Source of the DNA: Phyllobates terribilis
Lineage: Eukaryota
NCBI RefSeq assembly: GCF_046119375.1
Contig: NW_027362769.1
Location: 124,434,001-124,498,000, forward strand
Direction of reading: 5' to 3'
Length of the DNA stretch: 64,000 nt
The position numbers were made by a program, and so were the translations under genes. The notes under the pieces are model-generated. The model was not told the origin of the DNA, did no database searches, and saw nothing but the letters and a program-made list of their open reading frames with translations. Each line of letters begins with the position of its first letter. The first letter of the stretch is position 1. Below are positions 45,044-55,400 of the stretch, one piece after another.

Positions 45044-47738
45044 GTGAATATCCATTGTACAATCTCCTGAAAGCGCAGACCCAGAAACGAATGGGAGAAA
45101 TTCAGGAGGCCATTAAAACACTACAGATGGCAATGAGCTTACCGGGAATGAAAAAGGCCGGATCTTCTCTAAAGGCAAAAGGAAGAAAAGTAGAAATCGG
45201 AGCAAGTGACCGAGTGTCCATCTTCCTGGAGCTCGTCGATTGTCATAGCATGAACGGGGAGCAGGTAACGGAGGGAAAGCGTCCACTCACTCCGGTCCCA
45301 TCACTACTAGAGAACTTGGTATCTTGTTTGTAAGAAATATACTTTGCTATCATTTACATACGGACGTATAAAGCCGCCTTTACAGTTACATGTCAGGTTT
45401 GCAATTGCATAGAAAACATCACTCCTCTCTGTAATCCGGTAATAAGAACTGTATACCTGCAGAGTATTAGTAAAAAGGGATTTATTGGCACATTTAAAGA
45501 GTAAAAAATAAAATGTATATGTGACGCGCCCCCTGGGCCATATTCTTTTAGGGGGAATATCCGGAGCCGGATCAGATGGGGGTTGTAGTCTTCCGAGTGG
45601 CTGTGACCCGGTCCGTGCCCAGGGTGTCAAACTCAGTTGTATGTGGCAGTCATACAGATGTTATAAGTTCTTTATTGTCGACTACGCCACCCGTTGTGTT
45701 GCGGTCACTGTGGCCGCCGCTGCAGCAGGGTCCGCTGAGGCTGGTGGTGTAGGTGCAGCTTTGGTGATATAACCCCCAACGGGTGGGGTATAGCCTCAGG
45801 GGGATCAGGTGCAGAGGATGGGAGTTGTGGTGATGCAGTGTAGACGGCAATCAGAGACAGAGTCGGGTTATGCAGTTTAGGATGTTTTACTCACTGCTGA
45901 TGTTCTGGTCACTCCAGCTTCGAGTGACCTCCCGAGCCGTGCTGCGTCCACCAGGTTCTGGATCCAGCCAACTCCCAAATAAGTCCGGAGCGTGACCCTG
46001 AGCTCTCCTTCAGTCCTTTCTCTGGCCGTCCCCACTATTGATCCACCCAGGTCCAGCTCCCTCGGGCCTTCTGTTGGGACACCCTTGGCCTTGGGTTCCC
46101 TGACCCTCCTCGTGGTATGCCTTCGTGGTGGATGTGGTGGGTGACCGTGGCAAACGCTGCCCACGGTCTCCGGTCTCTGGCTGGGGAGTGTTTTTACCCC
46201 CACCAGCTTGGGTTCCGGTACCCTGTGCCGACTCTTCACCCGGGGATTTAAGTTGGGTTCTTGGAGTCCTTTTCTTCTGGTTCCCCCTCTGGGTCTCTCT
46301 CTCTCCTCTCTCACTCTGGGTCTCTCTTCTCCTCTGCTCCTGACTTTCTCTCTGCAACTGACCCTGTTCTTAGTTGGTGCCCACCTTATATACACCCTCT
46401 ATGTGTGAGCTCAGGTGACCAGCACCCAATGAGCTCCTATCTTTACCCAGGCTGCTCCCCCTATCTGCCCCTACACTACTTGGGATGTTCCACCCCCCTC
46501 CCACTCCAGCCAGGAACAGACTCGGTCGTACCTGCACATTTCTAAGTGGGAGTACCGTCGGTCTGCTCCTCGGAAATGGGATGTGTGTAGTGCATGCAGC
46601 CTACCGAGCTCAGTTCCACACTCCATCCTTACCTGGGAGTGGAATATCACACCTCTGGGTTGAGGTGCAATACCCCTGTAGCAGCCGAATCCTCAGGGTG
46701 CTACATATGTTTTAGGCCTTTTAATTCTGAGCAGATTGGTGAGGGACTGAGTCCTGAGACCCCCACACATCATTCAATAGGGTTGTGTGCTCAGTCAGGG
46801 GGTTGTGCGCTCAGCCGGGGTGGGGGGGGGGGTGTTTACGATCTGGCAGTAGTTCTGTGCTCCTATGACTTTTTAATTAATCCATACTCTGCTGTGCACT
46901 TGCTCTCCTGTCACCTGAGCTGCACACTCTTAAAAGTTTTTTTAAGCAATTGGCGGGGGGTGTCAGGACCTGGACCCCCACCTATCTGCTCAGATTTAAA
47001 GGGCGTAAAATATGTATAAAAAATTTACAAAAGTTTCTTTACACTTTAAATGTAAGATCCCCACAATCATAGATCATAAAAATGGAGAAAGTGTTTCAGC
47101 TCTGCAGTCCCTCTAAACTCTTTCCCTGCACCGCTGAAACTGGCCACCACTGTTTAGAGTAACATATTGATTGCTGAGGGTCCAACCGTTAGTACCCCCC
47201 ACTCATCCAGAGAACGGGGAAATGGCCTCTTCATTCTCATTCACAGTCTTCTGTGATGGTGCCAGAGGTCGGACCCCCATATCTTGCTCATAGTGGTCAT
47301 TATTATTGCCTTGCAGTCGGCCGACTGTGGCCACGGGTGCCGGATTATCAGATCTCCCCCAGGAGCTGCACTCTGAAAGCTGTTTTTTCTTAGGAGACAA
47401 CCACCTTTAATTTCCAGAATATTTTTCTTCTAGCGAGTGTGTTGCATCTGTCCTGCCTCTTATAATAAATCTTTTCCACTTTCCCTTTTATATCTACAGC
47501 ACGAAGCTGCCAAAGTCTTACAAGATGCAATCAATGAATTCTCCGGGACAGCGGAGGAGCTGCGCCTCATGATAGCCAACGCTGAGCTGGCCCTGTCTCA
47601 CGGGGACGTGGAACGAGCTTTGTCCATGCTCCGAAATGTTTCTCCAGAGCAGCCATATTTTGTCCAGACCAAGGACAAAATGGCTGAGGTATATCTCCAG
47701 CACAGGAAAGATAAGAAGCTCTATATCGGCTGCTACAG
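45044..47738 (+). pseudogene. TTC21B: Orphan partial duplicate of TTC21B: 5'-clipped mid-gene exon (45044-45264) and following exon (47500-47738)
   Basis: [35 protein letters not shown]...MNGEQ | [20 protein letters not shown]...[11 protein letters not shown] match TTC21B exons 14-15 as recalled (225 and 239 nt; here 221 and 239). Frames are open and GT/AG sites intact, but no flanking exons were found. Confidence 0.85.
45522..46705 (-). mobile_element. Solo LTR (family C, related to A; 1184 bp) with 4-bp TSD TATG
   Basis: Reverse strand TGTAGCACCC...GGGGCGCGTCA; TATG at 45518-45521 and 46706-46709; shares U5-region motifs with LTR A. Confidence 0.92.
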
Positions 47739-48084
47739 GTGACATACAGGAAAATGTTCGCCGCGTGTCTCTCATGCATTTGTTACAGGGGTCTTCCATT
47801 CACCACTCATCCAGTAAACTACTTTTAAGCCACAAAAGTGAGGGGTTTATTGCTTATAGCACCCGTAATGTGCCAGCACTGATAACAGAGGCGTCAGGAT
47901 AATGAAAACGTTCCAGAGAATGCTATCTTAGCAAGGAAATTAGTGATATAAGGTGGCAAAAAACACCCGTGAACACCATTACTCGGTATAAGATTTCTCT
48001 AGTATGCAAAGCTAAATTTTTATTTTGCAGAGATCCAATATGAAGAATCAAGTGAGATGATTCTATTACTGCAGCCACTAGAGC

Positions 48085-49400
48085 AGAGCTGGTCAAACTG
48101 TGGCCACATCCGGCCCTCTGGCTGTCCCAGTCCGGCCCACGAACCGAGACAGCCAAAGGGCTGGAACAGTGGCCCACCGGCCGCACCATGCCCTCAGCCA
48201 CCCGCTGTCACTGCTGTCCGCATCATCAGGACGTAGGGGTAGACAGCGGTGAATACATTGGTGGAGGAAGGGTTGCCGGCTCCTTTTTCACCAATCACCA
48301 TGTGAGACAGCTGACACGATGACGTCACTTAATCGCATCTGCTGTGCCGAGAGTGAGTGCACCGGAGCAGAGCAGCGGGGGAACGGGAGTGAGGCGAGTA
48401 TGTCGGGTTTTTTTCATATGTGTATGGGGACTTTACATGTATATAGGAGGCTATGTGGGGGCTCATACTGTATGTAGAGGGGCTGTGTGTGGGTCATACT
48501 GTACATCGAAGGCTATGCGGGGTCTCATACTGTATTTAAGAGGCTATGTGGGGGCTCATATTGTATATAGGAGGCTAAATGGGGGATCATACTGTATATA
48601 GTAGAATTGAGGAACACTGCCCTACATGGTATGATAGACACCACAGCGGCCCATGCGATATATCCACAACAGTCCCCCAATATACACCATGATGTTTACC
48701 AGAACCCCCCAATATACAGTATTATGTCCACCACAGCCCCATATACAAAATAATGTCCTCAACGGCCCCCTATACAGTATGGTCACCACAACCCCCAATA
48801 CAGTATGATGTCTCCACAGCCCCAGTATAATGTCCCCCTTGGCCCCCTATACAGTATTATGCCTCCCCACATATCCTACAGAGTATGATGTAACCACAGC
48901 CTAGGTATAATGTCCCCACAGCTCCCCGTATATTGTTTCCCATATAATATGATGTCCCCCACAGCCCCTCTTGTTATGTTCCCAAAGTCAGCACCACGTA
49001 GGTCCCAAAAGCCAGCACCACGTATTTCCCCACAGCAAGCCTCACATTGGTCCCCACAGCCAGCTCCACAGCTAGCTCCATGTAGATCCCCACAGCCAGC
49101 CTCTCTTGCTATGTCCCCCATTCATTGGCAAACTAATAAGAAAAATGTAAAAAAAAGCTTATACTCACCTAATCTGTCTCCTCTTCTGTCTCGTGCAGAA
49201 GTGGACGCTGAAAGGCGTGATGATGTCACAGCATCGCGCCGTCCCCTGTGTGCGCCATCTCCTTCAGTGCGCAGGCCGGAAGTGGCCTGTGTTCAGGTGG
49301 AGGTCCCGGAGGAACAAGGGGCTGATTACAGCTCCTCTGCTCCTGTTCCGGGCAGTGCCGACATCAATTGTATGCATGTCTGACAGACGTGAGTGCAGGA
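48085..49400. mobile_element. Composite non-autonomous DNA-transposon remnants with G-rich then C-rich degenerate repeats
   Basis: Head resembles hAT-MITE starts (GTCAAACT...CCGGCCC); TATGTGGGGG arrays 48420-48600 and CCCCCAATATAC arrays 48680-49130; termini unresolved. Confidence 0.45.
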
Positions 49401-50082
49401 AGGGAAAAATGGCTGGTGCACAGGCAGAGAGAGGGGCGAGAAGTGTCATTGACGGACACTGCTCCTCTGTGTGCCTGCGCCACGGCTGTCACTGTGCTGA
49501 ATGCCTGTGGCTAGGGGAAGATACCACAGGCATTCAGCAATGTCACTTTCTCCTCCCCAAGTGTGCCCATCTCAAGTAGGTCATAGGAAGCTGAATAAAA
49601 TGATACCTTGATATCGATGATCTGATATCTTATTCTAGAGAAATCCACCTTTTTTTTACTATGTAAATGAGCTGTTAAGATCTATGAGCCGGACACAGAT
49701 CTCCCCAAGAATCTGCCTCCAGAACTTATTATAAATGAAAGAGACATGTAATGACTGACAGTCTGCTCTCCTGATCTACATGTCTCAAAGTGGTGACGTC
49801 CCCTTTTAAAATAAGCTCTGGAGCCGTGTTCAGTTTCCTGATGGTGACAATAGGTGACCAGAAGTGCCATTGGGCAGAAGAACTGTGTAACAGACCTTCA
49901 TAGGGGTCACTAGTTGAGTTCTTCAAGACTGTGGCCACCTGACCACATGTTCACATGTTACTTTCATGTGATTTACACCTTATTCTATGTCTTTTTTTTA
50001 TATTTCTTAAAAGTATTGGCAAAGTTGAATTCACAGTAGGTTTGCAGTGCATGTCATCGGGAAATACACCTGACATATACAG

Positions 50083-50575
50083 TACTGTGCAAAAGTTTTA
50101 GGCAAGTGTGGGAAAATGCTGGAAAGTAAGAATGCTTTAAAAATATCAGAGTTAATAGTTTATTTTGATCAATTAACAAAATGCAAAGTGAATGAACAAA
50201 AGAGAAATCTAAATCCCATCAATATTTGGTGTAACCGCCCTGTGCCTTCATCACTTCTTCTAGGTACTTGCACACAGTTTTTGAAGGACCTCGGCAGGGA
50301 GGTTGTTCCAAACATCTTGGAGAACTAACCACAGATCTTCTGTGGATGTTGATTGTGTAAATCCTTCTGTCTCTTCATGTGATCCCAGACAGACTGGACG
50401 ATGTGAGATCAGGGCTCTGTGGGGCCAAATCATCATTCCTTGTTCTTCTTTATGCTGAAGATAGCTCTTAATGACATTGGCTGTATGTTTGGGGGTCATT
50501 GTCCGGCTGCAGAATAAATTAAGGGCTAATCAGACGCCTCGCTGATGGAAAAGTATCTGCCAGTATTTCAATATT
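50083..50575 (-). mobile_element. Tc1 right-end fragment
   Basis: TACAGTACTGTGCAAAAGTTTTAGG terminus; minus-strand remnants TPKHT...LQDVWNNLP typical of a Tc1 C-terminus. Confidence 0.7.
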
Positions 50576-50693
50576 ATTAATTATGGAAAAAGGGGGTGAT
50601 TCAAATTTTCACTCTCCCAGGTATGGTGCACGTTCAGATCCTGAACCCCCGCCATAGACAGGGGCAATTGACACATCACATGTCGGTAAGGGG

Positions 50694-51003
50694 TTAAAGA
50701 GGATCTGTCACCAGATTGCAAAATAAAAACTGAATATACAAATTAAATCTGTTAGACCCGATGAGGCTGGTATATTTACAATGAAAATCCTTGTCAGAAC
50801 GGCTATATAATCCGGATAGTAAAATGTCCATTTTATGAGTCCTGCTGAGATCTGGACTCCTAAAATGCTCACTTTAATATTAAGGAGGGAAACAAAGGAC
50901 TTGGATTTTTCTAAGTAAATACACCAGCCTCATCAGGTGTAAAAGATCTATTTAGTATTGTATGCTGCTTGTATTGTGAAGTCTGGTGACAGATCCACTT
51001 TAA
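50694..51003. mobile_element. TTAA-flanked MITE (T2/Kolobok-like)
   Basis: TTAAAGAGGATCTGTCACCAGA ... TCTGGTGACAGATCCACTTTAA. Confidence 0.8.
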
Positions 51004-51754
51004 ACTTCTGACCCGGCACCAAGTCAAATGTTAAAATAAATGGTCAATGAACCCCCTGACCGACGCAGTCACTGAAAGGTCTTTGCAGAAAAAAAAAATC
51101 AATTGCATCAAAACTGTTGTTCCTCATCAATAACACGAGAGTAGCCTGACAATATGATCAGCAATACGGAAGATAATTCCTGCATCGTGCTATAGATGAG
51201 CATTATCCGGATCAGCTGCCTGTACGATCAGTAGGGCACCAGTGACTGACAGCCAGATTCCTACATAAGGCCATGTAAACTCCAGTGCACTGCACTGATC
51301 GTGGAGATCAGGTCCCACCATTTATCACCTGCCAGTGGGGAGGCAACCAATACTTTTGCCTGAAATACCCCTTAGTGGATGCCATAAAATACATATTTTT
51401 TTGCAGCTTTTACAATATAAAACCTTTCCCAAAAAAATAAAGTCCCTAAGTAGCTACAAAGCCTTAAAGTAAAAAAAAAAATATAGCTGATGCAAAATGA
51501 GGAGGCAGAAATGAAAACGTCCCCTCCGTCACTTAGCTCCCTCTGTGGCTGTAGCTCCTCCACTCACTGACTATAGGAGCCCCCTGTTCTCCGGATTGGT
51601 CGGGGTCTCAGCAGCTGGACCGCCAGCAATAATACACGTACCATGTAGCCTTTTTTATAAGTCAAAAAAACTGTATTTCATAGGACAACACCTTTAAGTT
51701 AAAAAAATTGGCCCTTAAAGGGGTTTTCCTCTTTTGGGGACATTTTATTATTAT

Positions 51755-51861
51755 TTAAAGGGAACCTGTCACCTGAAAAAAATTTGATTAACTGGCAGAC
51801 ATGGGGTTGATCTGCAGGTTAATAGCATTGTGAACCTTTTCAGGTGACAGGTTCCCTTTAA
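51755..51861. mobile_element. Very short TTAA-flanked MITE
   Basis: TTAAAGGGAACCTGTCACCTGAAAA ... TTTTCAGGTGACAGGTTCCCTTTAA. Confidence 0.85.
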
Positions 51862-52249
51862 ATGAAAATAGTTGGGCCTAAACAACAACGCAAAAATAAA
51901 AAAAAATACTAAATCTTTAAAGGGTTAACGGGTTGTCCACCATTACTGCTTTTTTTCCCTAATTGCTCGCTGCAGAATGAGTTGTAGCTCTTTTTGTCTC
52001 TTTTTCTGAGCTGCCCCTCCCCCCGTCATTGTAAGCCATCGGTGCCCCACGATCGCCTTGCGGGGGAGCAGACGGGAGCTGGTGCTCTCGATCACATGCG
52101 CGACTCTCATTTAAATGCCGCTGTCATCAGCGATCGACAGCGGCATATAACTGGTTAACACTTCCGTCACACCACAAAGGCCGACATATTATAACGTGCA
52201 GTGTATACAATGCTTTCCCTCTAGTGTTCAGGAATGATTACACTGACTA

Positions 52250-52421
52250 TGAGAGAACGTAAAGCGCTGGTGACGTCATCACGTAAATATTGTCTCCTAA
52301 GGACTCCGAGAACTTGGAGCCGCACCGGCCTTGTACTTCCGGTGGGCGGGGTTACAGGACTGGTCCTTAGTGTCAGCGGTGTCCGCTGTGGAGAGAGGCA
52401 GCATCCGGGCATTCCGGGAAC
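52250..52421 (+). promoter_or_regulatory. Probable TTC21B proximal promoter / 5' UTR
   Basis: CpG-rich; CRE TGACGTCA 52271-52278, ETS ACTTCCGG 52335-52342, GC box GGGCGGGG 52344-52351, just upstream of the exon 1 ATG. Confidence 0.65.
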
Positions 52422-55400
52422 ATGGCTGCAGATGCTGCCGCCTCCAGTGCTCAGGTGGGAGCGGCTGCGACTTACTGGCTGTGCTATAGTGTAGATGGCG
52501 ACTGAATAAGAGCGAATATGCGTTTATTATCAGCCCTCGGTCTGTCACATATAAGTCAGAGGGGGTCGAGCTCTGCTCCCTCCTTCACACTTAGGTGTTT
52601 GTGATTTTTTTCTTGCAGTTTTCACTAGTATAGTATTTTTTTTTGTTCATTTTATTCATAATTTTTTTTGCACGTATGTGGAAATGGCAGAAAAAAGCAA
52701 AACCCCATTCCCAAAGCAGAAGGACTCAAAAATGTACCAGGGACCGGAGAATGCCTCAGAATAGATTGTATCGTCTTTTATAGTTCACTATTGGCTGACG
52801 GCGAACGATGGGGAGGACTGACAGCGAATGTCGGGGGGGGGCTGACAGCGAACGATGGGGGGCCTGACGGCGAACATCGGTGGATCTGATGGCGAACGTC
52901 GGGGGAGGGCTGACGGCGAACGTCGGGGGAGGGGGGGCCGACGGTGAACGTTGACTTCTGGCTTTGGCTTCCAAATACTGGTGTAAAATACTGATAAAAT
53001 ACTGAATTTGTGAACGTGGTCTAAGAAGCATAGTGGATGATATGGGAGTAAAACAAAATCCATTAGGGTCAGTAATGACTCATGGAGCTGCTGCCTGTCT
53101 CACTTGCTGATTTTTTTCCCATTGAAATAAAAATATATCAACAGATCCCATTTTTTGTAGATTACTGAAAATCCACAACTTCTTAAAAATAAAAAATGTA
53201 CAAAATAAAAAGGAAAATCACTTTTCAGTAAGTCGAAGATAAAAACAAATATTCTGTACTCAACTCCCCTGGTAAAACTCCCCTGGTTCCCTGCCGGTCT
53301 CTATAGCGCAGTCTGCTGCGATGACAACTCAAGAGACCAGGCTAGTAGAGGTGGTGCAAATCGCCCCACAGGACGCAGTCTGATGGCCACGACAGGAACC
53401 CTGGGACCTGCCTCTTACCTGACAGCATCTGCCGCTCTTCATCTGATTAGCCGACCTGGCGTGACATCATCATCGCGGTGTGAAACACATATGACATCAC
53501 GCCAAAAGAAGAGCCGCCGATGCCATTATGTAAGAGGCTGTTCTCAGGGCTACCGTCTAGCAGCCACAGATCACTGGCCAATGGACAGGTTCCTGCCAAT
53601 CAATACGCGCCAACTCTACAGGCTGTTACCAGTGATTACTTTTCTTTTTATATTGCTTATTCTAAATCTATTCCAAAATCCATATGATTTTGTCTGGATT
53701 TGCCTCTGCGCATGTTCCTGTGGCTTCTAGCAGAAATTTGTAGAAGTCTGCAGAATAGTGATGAGCGAGTATGTTTTCTTAACCCTTTCGCCGAGTATGC
53801 TCGGCCGAGCACTGAGTATTTATAGCGTGCTCGGTGTTATGTTTGAATCACTCCCGTGTGCATGATTTGCGACTGTTTGACAGCTTTAATACATGTGAGG
53901 AATGTGTAAGAAGCAGACATTCCTCGCATGTATCATAGCTGTCAAAAAGTCACAAATCATGCACACGGGAGTGATTCAAACATATCACCGAGAACGCTAT
54001 AAGTGCTCGGCCCGAGCATACTCGCCGAAAGGGTTAACAAAACATACTCGCTCATCACTACTGCAGAAGCCTAGGCGGCACTTCTGCTGTGCCAGGGTGG
54101 TCCCTACAGAGGTGTAGCCATAGGACGCCATCACCTGGCGGAGAGAGAGAATGCAGATCACCAGAAGAGCAGTAATGGCCATCGATCTTGTGCTGGATGC
54201 AGCCTGCAGATCTTCTCACACCTTTCCTTTTAGCCTGTGTTTCTCCAGAATCCTAAGAGTCAACATTGTGTTTTTCATGACCGTTCATGGAAATGTTCTT
54301 TGGGGATTTCTAGAAAGCGCCTACAATTGTAATTCTTTCCTCTTTTCAGGCATTAATCAATTACTACTGCCAGGAAAAGTACTTTCATCACGTGCAGGCA
54401 GCCTCTAATGAGGGGCTGAAGGAGTATGGGAATGATCCGGTGTTCTTCTTTTTCCGGGCCTTTGGGATGTTAATGGAAGGTAATGGATTTTAGCTGAAAC
54501 TCCCGGTTAACCCTTTCCATTTGAACCCTCCTTTTAACCCATGTTTGCTTTATTCTCTTTATCCGCAGATCAAGTGTCCGAGTCCATCCAGGAACTGGAA
54601 ACGCTGAAAGACAAGGCGGATGTGTCTCTGTGTGCTGTAATGGCCTTGATCTATGCGCACAAGAAGAGCTCACACCCTGGTAATCCTCGCCCAGAATGAA
54701 TAGTCTTATTAGTGGTCATACTGTGGAAAGTGAATAAGCAACTTACTGAATATGTAAGATTTGGACTTTTAAAAAGAAAACAGCACCACTCTTGGTCATA
54801 GGATGTGTGCAGTATTGCAGCTGATCCCCAAGCAGGGCTGTGGAGGTGGAGTCGGTGTCCATTTTGGTGAAGTTGGAGTTGGTATAAAATGGACCGACTT
54901 CAACTCCTAAAACATATAATAAATTGGGTACAGTAGTTCACTGCAGTTTGTGGGGAATATTTTTTCAAAAGAATTTGAGAAAGTTATGTAATGTCCTATA
55001 AATGTCTGTCCTATTCCTGATCTAAGGGTCTAGACTTTTAGTGGAGATGAACCTGTGATACAGTAAATTTATCACTTAAACATGAGCCATGTATGAGGGA
55101 GTTGGAGTCGTGGAGTCGGTGTCATGGAAATTGAGGAGTCGAAGGTTTGACTTACCGACTCCACAGCCCTTTCCCCAAGTGAATTAATCTGGGCTGAAAT
55201 ACAAAGGTCGATGGCTTATTAGATACAATTAGATATTTTCTTTCTCTTTCTCTTCTCTCTCTTCTCGATCTTCTCTTTTCTCTTCTCTCTTTTCTCTTTT
55301 CTCTTCTCTCTTTTCTCTTCTCTCTTTTCNNNNNNNNNNNNNNNNNNNNNNNNNNNNNNNNNNNNNNNNNNNNNNNNNNNNNNNNNNNNNNNNNNNNNNN

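Noticed and set aside
47739-52249. Search for TTC21B exon 16 and later exons after the orphan pair
   Set aside because: No matching coding sequence recognised; the interval is MITEs and Tc1 remnants.
52291-52304. RFX X-box candidate in the TTC21B promoter (GTCTCCTAAGGAC)
   Set aside because: The second half-site departs from the RGYAAC consensus; too weak to call.
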